64,000 bases of DNA from Acidobacteriota bacterium (GCA_965205505.1 CBDBHB010000009.1:480001-544000); one strand, 5' to 3'; shown: positions 1-11,908, counted from the stretch's first letter. Made by a program: numbers and translations. Notes: a model not told the origin generated them from the sequence alone.

Positions 1-1226
1 CGCGGCCATAGCTCCTGCACGCGCTCGTACGCTTGAAGGACCATGTCGATGGTCACATCGCCGTTGGCGTGAATGGCCAGCTGCCAGCCGGCGCGGTGGG
101 CGTCCTCCACGGCCTCGTGGATCTCCTCCTGCGACATGTACAGGATGCCGTAGTCGTCGGCCCGTCCCATGTACGGCGTGCTCATGCGCATGGTGCGCTC
201 CGACGCTGAGCCGTCGGCGACGTACTTCACCGGTCCGAGGCGTAGCCACTCGTCGCCCAGGCCGCTGCGAATGCCTGATGCTCGGAAGCTCGGGTAGGCG
301 TTGGCGTTGGCAAACAGGTTGGCGCGGAAACCGAGCTCTCCGGCCGCTCGGGCGTCCTGGAAAGCAATGAATGCGGCCGACCCGACGCCGGCGGCGTGCA
401 CCGACGTCAACCCGGTGGCGTTCATCAGCTCGGAGATGAGCCTCACCGCCGCCTGCCGCTGCTCGCGGCTCGACGGATCGGGAAGCAAAGCCTGGAATGG
501 GTCGAGGGCGGGCCCGGCAAGCCTGCCGGTGAGCTCACCATTGTCCCGATAGATCGTGCCGCCGCGCGGATCCGGCGTGTCGCCGGTTATCCCGGCGGCG
601 TCGAACGCAGCGCTGTTGACCACCGCGGTGTGGCCGCCTCGGTGGCCGACGAACACCGGATGGTCAGGCACCTTCTCGTCGAGGTCACGGCGATCCAGCG
701 GGCGCCCTTCGCTGAGCTTGGTGTCGTCGTACATGAAGCCGACGACCCACTCGCCCGGCTCGGTCTCTCGGGCTCGTGCTGAGAGCGCATCCTGAATGCG
801 CTGAATGCTCCCGAGGTTGGTATCGACGCTGATCAGTGCCGCCAGACCACCCCAGAGCGGGTGTGAGTGGGCGTCGATGAAACCCGGCGTGACGCACATG
901 CCAGAGGCGTCGATCACTTCGGTGCGCGGCCCGATCAGGTTGGAGACCTCGTCGGTGCTGCCGACCGCGACAAACCTGTCCCGGTGAACAGCGAACGCCT
1001 CGGCGAGCGGCTGCCGCGTATCGCCGGTGAGCACGCGACCGTTTGTGACCACGAGATCCGGCCTCATGCGCGACCCCGTGCCCGGTGCCGCGCCCTGACC
1101 TGTACTTGTGCCGCTCGCTCCGCTGGTACGGGCGCTGGCGCCGCGGCCCGTTCCGATTGTGGCCGCGGCCGCTGCTGCGGCGGCAGCACCGAGGCCGAGG
1201 AACGCACCGCGAGTCATATCCGTCAT
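1..1226 (-). CDS. Amidohydrolase (Amidohydro_3/YtcJ-like), partial, runs off the left edge
   Basis: Hand translation from ATG 1226 (GAGGAG RBS): MTDMTRGAFLG.. Tat-like leader, PGFIDAHSH, HRGGH, VKYVADGS, QLAIHANGD motifs; frame open to position 1. Confidence 0.85.
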   Translation of the reverse strand, partial: MTDMTRGAFLGLGAAAAAAAAATIGTGRGASARTSGASGTSTGQGAAPGTGSRMRPDLVVTNGRVLTGDTRQPLAEAFAVHRDRFVAVGSTDEVSNLIGPRTEVIDASGMCVTPGFIDAHSHPLWGGLAALISVDTNLGSIQRIQDALSARARETEPGEWVVGFMYDDTKLSEGRPLDRRDLDEKVPDHPVFVGHRGGHTAVVNSAAFDAAGITGDTPDPRGGTIYRDNGELTGRLAGPALDPFQALLPDPSSREQRQAAVRLISELMNATGLTSVHAAGVGSAAFIAFQDARAAGELGFRANLFANANAYPSFRASGIRSGLGDEWLRLGPVKYVADGSASERTMRMSTPYMGRADDYGILYMSQEEIHEAVEDAHRAGWQLAIHANGDVTIDMVLQAYERVQELWP

Positions 1227-1348
1227 TGAAGCTCCTCACTCGGATTGGGCAAATAACGTATCGGCACCCTGCTAGGCTTGCACAGCTGGGCTGCCCCAGC
1301 CTCTCCGCTACCAGGAGGGCGCGTCAACCGAGGCGCGGCAGCGGATTC

Positions 1349-1364
1349 CTGACTCAGGACACTA

Positions 1365-1365
<1 letters not shown>
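1349..1365 (-). repeat. Solo MITE-like terminus CTGACTCAGGACACTAA (family A variant) abutting the ettA start
   Basis: Nearly identical to 33888-33904 CTGACTCAGGACACTAG; shares CAGGACACTAR with the MITE end at 18976-18986. Confidence 0.6.
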
Positions 1366-3044
<1,679 letters not shown>

Positions 3045-3045
3045 G

Positions 3046-3101
3046 CGGACTCAAAATCCGGTGGGCTTACGCTCGTGAGGGTTCGAGTCCCTCCCTCGGT
3101 A
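3046..3101 (+). pseudogene. 3' half of tRNA-Leu(CAA), probable att-site remnant
   Basis: CGGA-CTCAAAA-TCCG anticodon arm, long variable arm, GAGGG-TTCGAGT-CCCTC T-arm, CCTCGGT-A acceptor strand; no matching 5' half (ettA stop lies directly upstream). Confidence 0.8.
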
Positions 3102-3114
3102 CTTCTATGTTGTT

Positions 3115-3360
3115 TTATTTATTGAGGTTACGGGTCGCCTCCATACCCGTCTCCACAATGTCTCCAAAACGAGGGCCACTTTCGGGCCCTTCGAGCAGCC
3201 GTATTGTCGCCTCGACCGCTGCCGGAGACAGGTGCATGTAGCGCTGTGTTGTGCCCAGGTGGGCATGCCCGGCGAGCTCCTGGATGGCATGCACAGGCCC
3301 ACCCCTCATCGACAGATGCGAGCAGAACGTGTGCCTGAGGATATGCACCCCCTCGTGCTC
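3115..3360 (-). pseudogene. Tyrosine recombinase/integrase, C-terminal fragment
   Basis: HILRHTFCSHL...LAGH..LGTTQRYMH catalytic H-x-x-R, H and Y motifs; N-terminal part absent; converges on the tRNA fragment. Confidence 0.85.
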
Positions 3361-3633
3361 GAGGTTGGCGCGAGGATTTTCGCGACGGTCGAGGCTGAGG
3401 CTGGTCGGCTTCGGACCTTCCACTGCGCGAAGTGCGGCTCACTCGGCTTCCGGCTTGGGGGGTACGGGCGCGGCACCCGAAACTACTGCTCAAAGCCCTG
3501 CAACCGTTCGCACATCCCCGCGATCGATGCCGAGGCGAGCCCCGAGCGCTTCGCAGATACTGCGCTGACCCGAGATTGCCAACGAGCATCGAACCGGCTG
3601 CGCACCGCTATCGAGTCATTGGCGGCGATATAG
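3355..3633 (+). pseudogene. Phage/island-like small Zn-finger protein remnant
   Basis: CAKC...YCSKPC motif in ORF 3232-3633; the upstream part is only antisense integrase sequence. Confidence 0.35.
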
Positions 3634-4151
3634 GGCGACCGGATTCGTAACTCGACCGCCCGATCGCAAGCGGCTAGTAACAATCTCGAACGCGGGACTC
3701 CGACACCCCCCGGTACCCCTGCCCTCGGACGCCCGGCCATCCGTTGCGGGCTCTCGGCGCCGACGGCTCCGATCCGCTGGATGGGGCGAGAGCGGGTGCT
3801 ATCGTGCTACCGAGCCGACCAGGCGCGTGGGTCACCAGGGAGCTTTCGTCGCTTCCCAGCAGTCAGCAGGTGCGCCGCCCCACAACCAATCCTGCAGGTC
3901 CGTGACGTGGGGCCGACAGCGAAAACAGGGCCGTTTCAGGGGCGCAAACGGTCTGAGACGCTCTCCATAATCGTCGGCCCGTAGACGAACCCTTTAGTCA
4001 TGGGTACTTACGTCGCGATCTCTAGTTTCCACATCGGTAGTTATCATTAGAACCCCAGATCCGCACGGGCCCGGCGATCGTACCTGGTCAGCCCTACTGC
4101 GACCGAGCTTGCGATTGCTACGTGACCTCCGTGGACGCACGCGGTTGCCGA

Positions 4152-4457
4152 TTATCGCTCGACCTCCGCATGGCCATCCGGCCGCGAGCGGGCCTCGTCG
4201 GGTTCGATCACTAGGCGAGCACCGATCGCATCCATCAGCTTCAGCAGCGTTTCGATGGTCGTTACGCAGCGCCCGGTTACATATCCGTGGATCGAGCCCA
4301 TCGACCGGGTGAAGTTCCAGGCGTCGAGAAGGTCTGAGTATGAACGGCGGCCCTTTGCATCTAAAAAGACGCGGGACAGATCGACCGGCTGTCGGATCTC
4401 GTAACGGAGCCCTATCTGAGGTTTCTCCTGGGGCAGATTCGCAGGATCGCGCAGCAT
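4152..4457 (-). CDS. Putative XRE-like helix-turn-helix protein
   Basis: C-terminal TIETLLKLMDAIGARLVIEP resembles XRE HTH tails; ATG at 4457. Confidence 0.4.
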   Translation of the reverse strand: MLRDPANLPQEKPQIGLRYEIRQPVDLSRVFLDAKGRRSYSDLLDAWNFTRSMGSIHGYVTGRCVTTIETLLKLMDAIGARLVIEPDEARSRPDGHAEVER

Positions 4458-4715
4458 CTTGATACTCCTCGCGTCCCTGCGGGGCTTGGGATTTCTGGCA
4501 ATGCGGCCGCCAGATGAACGGGCCAAGTATCTCGCGGCGGCGAGGCGGAATGAAGCGGCGGAGGTCGGCCGCCTACCTGCGTGGATGCAAGGCGAACGGC
4601 CGAATCCGGGGTTTGGCCGAATCCGAAGACTCTGCGGCGTTGGAATGCCCAGGGTTGCTTCGCGGGTCTGCTCCTCGACCTGTGCAGCCCGTCGTGGGCA
4701 ATATCCTTCCACTAT

Positions 4716-4742
4716 TGACCTGACCCCACGGTTAGTACCACG
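4716..4742 (+). repeat. Orphan IS3-family terminal inverted repeat
   Basis: TGACCTGACCCCACGGTTAGTACCACG resembles the IS end at 4766 (TGACCCCACCCCGAAATCAGTACCAG). Confidence 0.55.
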
Positions 4743-4791
4743 TCTTATCTCAGTAACTCGGTGCTTGACCCCACCCCGAAATCAGTACCAG

Positions 4792-5646
4792 TCAGAGGTT
4801 TAGGATTCGGTGTTCCGAAGCCTCCGGTTGCCAGCCCCTGGCGAACTCCGTAGGAGTTCGATCGTTCAGTGAGCTGTGTGGTCTGTGGGTATTGTAATCA
4901 AGCCTCCAAGCCTCCAGTTTTCGGCGCGCGTCATCGATCGAGAAGAACAGGTTGGCGTTGAGGCATTCGTCGCGAAGCCGTCCGTTGAAACTCTCGATGA
5001 ACGCATTCTCCACGGGCTTTCCCGGCCGAATGAACTCCAACTGCACGCCTCTTCGGTACGCCCAGGAGTCCATCGCCTGGGAGTAGAATTCTGAGCCATT
5101 ATCGACGGTGATGACCCGTGGCAACGGCCCGGCAAACGACAGCCGCTCGAGTGCTCCAGCCACCGCCTTGCCGGTCATCGACACGCCCGGCTCAAGTAAC
5201 GGACATTCACGGCTAAACTGATCGACCACCGTCAGCACCCGAAACGGCCGGCCACTCTCGAGCCGATCGGTCACGAAGTCCATGCTCCAGCGCTCGTTGG
5301 GCCGCTCTGCGGGCGGCAGCACAAGCCGTATGTGACTCGCCCGCTTGCGCCGTCGCTTTTTGGTCCGTACCTCCAGCCCCTCCTCTCGATAGATCCGATA
5401 CACGCGCTTCTGGTTCACTACCCATCCCTCGCGGCGTAGCAACACGCACAACCTCCGATACCCGAACCGCGGACGCGCCGCGGCGAGCTCGCCAAGACGA
5501 CGCCGCAGCACGGGGTCGTCCGTCCTTGTGCTCTGATACCGATGGCTGGTGCGCGACAACTCGATCAGCCGACACGCTCGACGCTCACTGACACGGAACC
5601 CGTCCTGCAGGTACCGCACCACCTCGCGCTTGCGCGCCGGCTTCAC
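4792..5646 (-). CDS. IS3 transposase OrfB (DDE integrase core)
   Basis: [34 protein letters not shown] motifs. Confidence 0.95.
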   Translation of the reverse strand: MKPARKREVVRYLQDGFRVSERRACRLIELSRTSHRYQSTRTDDPVLRRRLGELAAARPRFGYRRLCVLLRREGWVVNQKRVYRIYREEGLEVRTKKRRRKRASHIRLVLPPAERPNERWSMDFVTDRLESGRPFRVLTVVDQFSRECPLLEPGVSMTGKAVAGALERLSFAGPLPRVITVDNGSEFYSQAMDSWAYRRGVQLEFIRPGKPVENAFIESFNGRLRDECLNANLFFSIDDARRKLEAWRLDYNTHRPHSSLNDRTPTEFARGWQPEASEHRILNL

Positions 5647-5909
5647 ACCTTTTTTGACAGCACCTCCTGGAGCATGTGCTTGTCCAAGCTCAGATCTGCC
5701 ACCAGCTGCTTCAACTTCCGGTTCTCATGGCGGAGTTGTCGTAGCTCCCGAAGTTCGGCCACGCCCATCCCGGCGAACTTGCGGCGCCACGTGTAGAACG
5801 TCTGCTCGCTGACGCCCAGCTTGCGACACACCTCCTTGATCGGCGTGCCCGCCTCAGCCTGCCGCAGCGCGTAGGCGATCTGCTCGTCCGTGTACCTCTT
5901 CCGCTTCAT
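5643..5909 (-). CDS. IS3 transposase OrfA (HTH)
   Basis: [36 protein letters not shown]; leucine-zipper tail. Confidence 0.95.
   Translation of the reverse strand: MKRKRYTDEQIAYALRQAEAGTPIKEVCRKLGVSEQTFYTWRRKFAGMGVAELRELRQLRHENRKLKQLVADLSLDKHMLQEVLSKKV
5649..5655 (-). promoter_or_regulatory. -1 programmed frameshift slippery site AAAAAAG
   Basis: A6G heptamer at the orfA/orfB junction, canonical for IS3. Confidence 0.85.
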
Positions 5910-5986
5910 CTGTCCTCCTGCTTGGAGGACGACGGTACACCGATTTCCTAAACATCAACCTGGCACCGTTTTCGGGGTTTGGGTCA

Positions 5987-7188
5987 CTGGTCCGCCCTTC
6001 TCAAGAGCCGAGTACGCGGAACGATTGCGTCGCGTTCGAGAACGCATGGCGCACGACAACATCGACATGCTGTTGGTCACCATGCCCGAGGGCATGTGCT
6101 ACCTGCACGGTCTGCAGGTGAACTGGTATCAGCAGAACGATGGCAGGTCGAGGATGCTGAACGTGACCGCCGTGCATGTCGATCACGACAAGCTGATCCT
6201 CTTCGACAGCCATGCCGAGATCATGGCAACGACGTCCGTCGCCGAGGACATCCGCCCACCAGGCGGCGGCGCCCAGCGCTACGAATCTGTGGCCAAGGAG
6301 CTGAAGGCGGAAGGCTGGCTCGAGGGCACCGTCGGGCTCGAGTACTGGAGCTATCGTCCCAACCCGGGAAACTGCAAGCGCCTGGAGGCGGTGTACGAGG
6401 CCCACGGTTGCACCCTGGTCGACGGCTCCGACGTCTTGTCCGATGTGCGGGTGCAGAAATCGCCGGCGGAGATCGCCGTAATGGAGGAGGCCGGACGTAT
6501 CTGTGACCTCGGACTGCAAGCAATCACCGACAACCTGCGCCCCGGGGTCACCGAATTGCAGCTCTACGGGGCGATGATGCAGGCGATGGCAGATGCCGGT
6601 GGCGAGACCGCCGGCCTGTTGCAGGGGGTGAAGGCAGGCGGTTGCAAGTTTCTCCACGGCATCTCATCGACACGAGTGATCAAGCAGGGCGATCACGTCG
6701 TCGCCGATATCTGCGGGGTCAAACACCGATACCACACCAACACCTGCCGTGGCTGGTATGTCGGGGATCCGCCGGCAGCGCTGGTGGACATCTACAAGAA
6801 GAACGGCCACGCGTCGCAGGTGCTCCTGGATACCGCCAAGGCGGGCACTCCGGTCGCAGAGCTCACCAGGGCTCTACGTCGTTACTACAAGGAAGTCGGG
6901 GTGTGGGAGATGAAACAGAAGGGCGTGTTGCCCGGTTGGACCGGCGGCTACGAGCTCGGCCTCAGCTTTCCACCCAGTTGGGTCGGTTGGCATGGCTTCG
7001 CGGTCACCGACACGGACGTTCAGTCCACGTCTAGCCGCAGGCCCTACACCGCGTTCCAGGAGCGCCAGATCAGCAACTACGAGAGCTTTGCGACCGGCAG
7101 CACGGCGCTAATCGACACCTTTGTCTTCGAGGCCGACAGTGCGCGAGCGCTGACGGACGTTCCGGCGGAGTTGATCGTCGTCGGCTGA
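5987..7188 (+). CDS. M24-fold peptidase (creatinase/ectoine hydrolase-like), native start removed or abutted by the IS
   Basis: PFSRAEYAERLRRVRERM Creatinase_N start, KSPAEI, RYH, GYELGLSFPP; homologous part begins at the IS end. Confidence 0.8.
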
Positions 7189-7368
7189 TCCATTACCCGC
7201 CGGGATGTGTATCATCGGGTCAGTGCGTCAGAGGGCGAGCCGCGGAGCTGGCCTCACCCTTGCCAGACGCCCGTTCGCGCGTACAATCTGCGCGCGAGCC
7301 GCTGTCGCGACCGACGCCAGCCGGTATCGCTACCAACGCGACTCATTGCGAACGATCGGAGGTGGATC

Positions 7369-8502
7369 ATGTGGGTTCCCGAAGCGCTCCGTTCTTTGCC
7401 CATCGTCCTGACGGCCCTGGCCGTGGGGGCATGCGGGGGCGACGCCCAGCCGGAAGCTGGCACCGACTCGACTCCCTCTGTCGATCCTGCCGAGGTCACC
7501 GACCCAGTGCTGGGCGGCAACCTACCGAACCCAACTTCGGAGGTGATCAAGGGCTGGGGACCCCTGCCCGATGGGCGGTCGTGGGGGTCTACCGCGGGGG
7601 TGGATATCGATCCTATCGACGGGCACGTCTGGGCCTACGATCGGTGCGGCGCGTACGCCCTGGCCGGAGGCTGCGACGTCTCCGACGTCGACCCCATCCT
7701 CAAGTTCGATCGCCATACGGGTGAGGTCCTGGCCAGCTTCGGTGCGGGACTGTTCGTGCTGCCTCACGGGATTCACGTGGATCGGGAGGGCAACGTCTGG
7801 GTTACGGATTCGATGGGGAACGAGGCCGGGACCAAGGGACATCAGGTGATCAAGTTCAGCCCCGAGGGCGAGGTCCTCCTGACCCTGGGTCGGCCGGGCG
7901 TGAAGGGCAGCGAGCCCGACCTGCTGAGCGAGCCATGCGACGTGATCACCGCCCCGAACGGAGACATTTTCGTTTCGGATGGGCACAGCGGCCAGAACGC
8001 CAACCCTCCCGAGGGGACGACGGGCCGCATCATCAAGTTCAACGAGGACGGCGAGTACATCACCGAGTGGGGACGCATGGGCTCGGGTGCGGGTGAGTTC
8101 CGTACCCCGCACGCGCTTGCCTTCGATTCGCAAGGCCGGCTCTTCGTCGCGGACCGCGGCAACCACCGCATCCAGATCTACGATCAGGACGGCAACTACA
8201 TCGATTCGTACGATCAGTTCGGTCGCGTCAGCGGCCTGTTCATCGACGACGACGACACTCTGTACGCCATCGACTCCGAGTCCAGCCCGAACAGCCACGC
8301 CGACTGGTCCACCGGTATCCGGATCGGGCACGCCTCTCGTGACGAGGTGACGGCGTTCGTGCCTCCCCACGAGTCCGAGGACCCACAGGGCGAGGCTGGC
8401 GAGGGCGTGGCCCTGGACGCGGACGGCAACATCTACGCAGCCGAAGGGCCCAATTCGCGTGATGCGGCCGAGGGGGGCCTGACGAAGTACATCCGGCGCT
8501 AA
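7369..8502 (+). CDS. NHL-repeat beta-propeller lipoprotein (peptidyl-alpha-hydroxyglycine lyase-like)
   Basis: GGAGG RBS then ATG 7369; lipobox LAVGAC; PHGIHVD, PHALAFD..LFVADRGNHRIQ repeats. Confidence 0.85.
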   Translation: MWVPEALRSLPIVLTALAVGACGGDAQPEAGTDSTPSVDPAEVTDPVLGGNLPNPTSEVIKGWGPLPDGRSWGSTAGVDIDPIDGHVWAYDRCGAYALAGGCDVSDVDPILKFDRHTGEVLASFGAGLFVLPHGIHVDREGNVWVTDSMGNEAGTKGHQVIKFSPEGEVLLTLGRPGVKGSEPDLLSEPCDVITAPNGDIFVSDGHSGQNANPPEGTTGRIIKFNEDGEYITEWGRMGSGAGEFRTPHALAFDSQGRLFVADRGNHRIQIYDQDGNYIDSYDQFGRVSGLFIDDDDTLYAIDSESSPNSHADWSTGIRIGHASRDEVTAFVPPHESEDPQGEAGEGVALDADGNIYAAEGPNSRDAAEGGLTKYIRR

Positions 8503-8620
8503 CGGCCACGGGCCGACCTGTAGTTACAGAGATCCGATCGCGCCTCGTTGGGCCGCAAGGGGGCGATAGCCCCTCCCGTGGATACCGGCGTGCCCCGCAT
8601 GCCACCCCGGATCATGTTCG

Positions 8621-10036
8621 TCACGATCGATGCACGATGACCATCTTGAGCTCGGTCATCTCCTGCACCGCGTAGCGGGGCCCCTCCTTGCCCAACCCGC
8701 TGTCCTTGAGTCCGCCGTATGGCATGTGGTCGGCGCGGAACTGGGTGCCGCCGTTGATGTTGAGGTTCCCCGAGTCGACCTCGAGCGCGAATCGAAGGGC
8801 GTTGTCGAGGTTCTCGGTGAAGATCGCTGCCGACAAGCCGAAGCGGGTGTCGTTGGCGAGCGTGATCGCCTCGTCGATATCGGCGGCGGGAGTGACGCCC
8901 ACCGCGGGGCCGAACAGCTCCTCTCGCGAGAAGCGCATGTCCGGCGTGATGTCGGCCAGGATCGCCGGCTGAACGACGCCGCCATCTCTGCCGCCGCCGG
9001 TGACGATGCGGGCTCCCGCGCCGACCGCCTCGCCGATCCAGCTTTCGACCCGCACCGCATCGCCCTCGCGCACCATCGGTCCGACGTTGACGGTGTCGTG
9101 CATCGGGTCGCCGGTGGCCAGCGCCTCCACTTTCGGCGTCAAGGCGTCGAGATAGTCGCCATAGACCGACTGGTCGACGATGACGCGCTGGGTCGAGATG
9201 CACACCTGGCCGGCGTTGGAAAACCCGCTCATCACCGTGGCGGCAGCCACTTTGTCGAGGTCAGCGTCGGGCAGCACGATGAGCGGCGAGTTGGAGCCCA
9301 GCTCCATCGTCACTTTCTTCAGTCCAGCCGTGCACATGATGTGCTCGCCTACCTCCTGGCTACCGGTGAAGGTCACCTTGCGCACGGCCGGGTGCGACAC
9401 TAGCGCGTCGCCGATAGTGCCGCCGGAGCCGGTGAGGCACTGGATCGCCTCGGGCGGCAGACCGGCCTCGAGCAGTACCTCGGTCAGCTTCAGGGCCGAC
9501 AGCGGCGTGTCGCTGGCCGGCTTGATCACTACGGCGTTGCCGGCCGCCAGCGCCGGGCCGACCTTGTGGGCCACCAGGTTGAGCGGGAAGTTGAACGGTG
9601 AGATCGCCACCACCACGCCCACCGGTACCCGGATCGTGAAGCCGAACTTCATCTCGTTGCCGGGGGCCGCGTCGAGCGGAATGGTCTCGCCGCCGAGGCG
9701 TTTGGCCTCCTCGGCAGACAATGTCAGGGTCTGGACGCAGCGATCGGTTTCGAGCAGTCCCTCAGGGAGGATCTTGCCCTCCTCGCGCGTGATCGTCTCG
9801 CCGAAGTCCTGGCGGCGTGCTCGCACCAGCTCCGCAGCCCGCATCAGAATCTCGTAGCGCGCGTAGGCGCTCAGCTGGCGCATGGCGCGCGCGCCGCGCT
9901 CGGCGCTTTCCATCGCCTTGTGGACGTCGCCGAGCGTGGCCGCGGGAACCGTGTCGAACGCCTCGCCGCTGTACGGGTTGACGACATCCATCGAGGCGTC
10001 GCCGCTGATCCATTCGCCGCTGACGTGCATCTTCAT
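8621..10036 (-). CDS. Aldehyde dehydrogenase
   Basis: PFNFPLNL, FTGS, ELGSN, NAGQVC, EELFGP motifs; start MKMHVSGEW. Confidence 0.93.
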   Translation of the reverse strand: MKMHVSGEWISGDASMDVVNPYSGEAFDTVPAATLGDVHKAMESAERGARAMRQLSAYARYEILMRAAELVRARRQDFGETITREEGKILPEGLLETDRCVQTLTLSAEEAKRLGGETIPLDAAPGNEMKFGFTIRVPVGVVVAISPFNFPLNLVAHKVGPALAAGNAVVIKPASDTPLSALKLTEVLLEAGLPPEAIQCLTGSGGTIGDALVSHPAVRKVTFTGSQEVGEHIMCTAGLKKVTMELGSNSPLIVLPDADLDKVAAATVMSGFSNAGQVCISTQRVIVDQSVYGDYLDALTPKVEALATGDPMHDTVNVGPMVREGDAVRVESWIGEAVGAGARIVTGGGRDGGVVQPAILADITPDMRFSREELFGPAVGVTPAADIDEAITLANDTRFGLSAAIFTENLDNALRFALEVDSGNLNINGGTQFRADHMPYGGLKDSGLGKEGPRYAVQEMTELKMVIVHRS

Positions 10037-10079
10037 GGTCGGTCCTCTCGCTCGCTCGGTTTTAGTCGCAGATCGCGGC

Positions 10080-11501
10080 TCAGTGCCGTCTGACCGCGCG
10101 CCCCGGGCGCGCGTCGGGAACCAGCTCCCCGCCGTCGACAACGAGCGTCCCGTTCACCATGACGTAGGCGACACCATTGGATGGGATGGTGGGGTCGGTG
10201 TAGGTCGCACGATCGATCACCGTGGCGGCATCGAAGACGGTGATGTCGGCATCGGCGCCGGCCCGCAGGCGTCCCTTGTCGGCCATCGTCGGCACGTAGC
10301 TCTCAAGCCTCTGGGCGGGCTCGATGGTCATCTTGCGCAGCGCCTCCATCAACGTAAGCACCTCCTCCTCGCGAACGTACTTGCCGAGAACCCGGGAATA
10401 GGTTCCGGAGGTACGAGGGTGCCCTATTCCGGCGACGATGTAGCCGTCGCTGGCGATCATGGTGAGAGGGTTTCCGATGGCGATACGGGTCATCTCCGGA
10501 GTGCGACTGTGGATGATGACCTCGCCGCCCTCTTGTCTGAAGCGCTCGAAGCTGTCACGCGCCAGACGCTCACCGGTCCGCACCCACTGATAGGTCGCGA
10601 ACTCGTCGTCATCCCACGATTCCCAGTCGTCGAAGAGGGCAGACTCGATCTCGGTCATGCCCGCCTCGTAGGGGTACATCTCGGTGGTGACGTCCTGTCC
10701 GGTGGCGCGGGCCTCCTCGATCATGGCGAGGAACTCGGCGATGGAGGCGCCACCAATGGAGTTCGCATGCACCACGTGGAGCGCGGCTCCGGTTCGAGAA
10801 GCGCCCTCGATCGCCGCTCGCAGACCGTCGAGTCCGGCACCGACATGGATATGTGAGGAGGCACCGGGCGCGGCGGCGACCCGGAGCATGGCTTCGAACT
10901 CGGCCACGCTGGCTGCTGGCGTATACGCCATACCGAAGCCGACCGCGGCCGCTCCCTCCAGCAAGCCCTGCTCGATGCGGCTTGCCATCTCGGCGATCTG
11001 CTCGTCGGTGGCTCGCTCCTGGCCTCCCGGTCCGCTGGGCAGGAAATTCCCTTGGTCGCCCATCACCGCCATGCGCACCCGTATGTGCCCAATGCTCACG
11101 CCGTAGTTGACGATCTGACCTCCCTCACGCTCGGCGTACCAGCCGGGAACGTCCTCGGTGCCCACCTCGAGCTCCAGCGCGGTGGTCACACCGTCGCGCA
11201 CCATTAGACTAAAGGCTTCTTCGGACTGCCCGTGGACCTGCAGGTCGATGAATCCGGGGGCAACAACGAGCCCAGAGACATTGATGAGCCGCTCTGCGTC
11301 GAGGTCGCGTTCGCTGATCGTCTCGATACGGCCGCCCCGAATGCCGACGTTCCGTACCGCGTCCAGACCCGACTCCGGGTCCATTACTCGACCACCCAGC
11401 AACACAAGGTCGTAGCGTTCGGCGGGGGCGTCGGAGGGGGCGCAGCCGAACGCAGCGAGCACCAGCAGCCCCGCCACGCAACCGGCAGCCGACCGAGTCA
11501 T
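10080..11501 (-). CDS. N-acyl-D-amino-acid deacylase-like amidohydrolase, lipoprotein
   Basis: Lipobox AAFGC; PGFIDLQVH, IASDG, HPRTSGT, KMT..PA, GADADITVFD. Confidence 0.85.
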   Translation of the reverse strand: MTRSAAGCVAGLLVLAAFGCAPSDAPAERYDLVLLGGRVMDPESGLDAVRNVGIRGGRIETISERDLDAERLINVSGLVVAPGFIDLQVHGQSEEAFSLMVRDGVTTALELEVGTEDVPGWYAEREGGQIVNYGVSIGHIRVRMAVMGDQGNFLPSGPGGQERATDEQIAEMASRIEQGLLEGAAAVGFGMAYTPAASVAEFEAMLRVAAAPGASSHIHVGAGLDGLRAAIEGASRTGAALHVVHANSIGGASIAEFLAMIEEARATGQDVTTEMYPYEAGMTEIESALFDDWESWDDDEFATYQWVRTGERLARDSFERFRQEGGEVIIHSRTPEMTRIAIGNPLTMIASDGYIVAGIGHPRTSGTYSRVLGKYVREEEVLTLMEALRKMTIEPAQRLESYVPTMADKGRLRAGADADITVFDAATVIDRATYTDPTIPSNGVAYVMVNGTLVVDGGELVPDARPGRAVRRH

Positions 11502-11512
11502 CGTCGTCCTCC

Positions 11513-11908
11513 TCAGCCGCCGATCGGCGTGCAGAGCTCGAGAAGAATCCCCGACGGGGAGCGAACGTACGAGACCACCTGACCCCAGGGCTTTGTTTCG
11601 GGTGCCTTGAGCTCGGTGGCGCCGTTGTCCAGAGCTGCCCGGTGCGCCGCGTCGACGTCGTCGGTGACCAGCGCGATCTCGAGGCCCAGCGGCTTGTCGG
11701 AATCGGAGGCGCTGACGTACCCGTCCGGCAGGTTGGCTTGCCCCATCCCGTGCGAGGCAAAGGCCAACACGGTAGAGCCGGTGTCCATTTCGCCATAATC
11801 ACCGGACTCATGGAGAAAACGGCGAGTCAGGCCGAAGGCGCCCTCGTAGAACCGCAGGGCCGCTTCCACGTTGTCAACGTAGGCGATGGCGTATCCGAAC
11901 TTGATCAT
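11513..11908 (-). CDS. VOC/glyoxalase family protein
   Basis: YVDNVEAALRFYE..FG, KPWGQVVSYVRSPSGILLEL. Confidence 0.9.
   Translation of the reverse strand: MIKFGYAIAYVDNVEAALRFYEGAFGLTRRFLHESGDYGEMDTGSTVLAFASHGMGQANLPDGYVSASDSDKPLGLEIALVTDDVDAAHRAALDNGATELKAPETKPWGQVVSYVRSPSGILLELCTPIGG

Larger units (their letters stand above)
4766..5986 (-). mobile_element. IS3-family (IS407-like) insertion sequence, 1221 bp
   Basis: TG...CA ends with imperfect IRs (TGACCCCACCCCGAAATCAGTACCAG vs reverse complement TGACCCAAACCCCGAAAACGGTGCCAG); orfA/orfB; no obvious target duplication. Confidence 0.9.

Noticed and set aside
3046-3101. Complete tRNA-Leu gene
   Set aside because: No D-arm or 5' acceptor strand (GCCGAGG expected); the upstream bases are ettA coding sequence
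3690-3725. G/C-run resembling a phage packaging or terminus signal
   Set aside because: No terminase or structural genes nearby; the evidence is too weak
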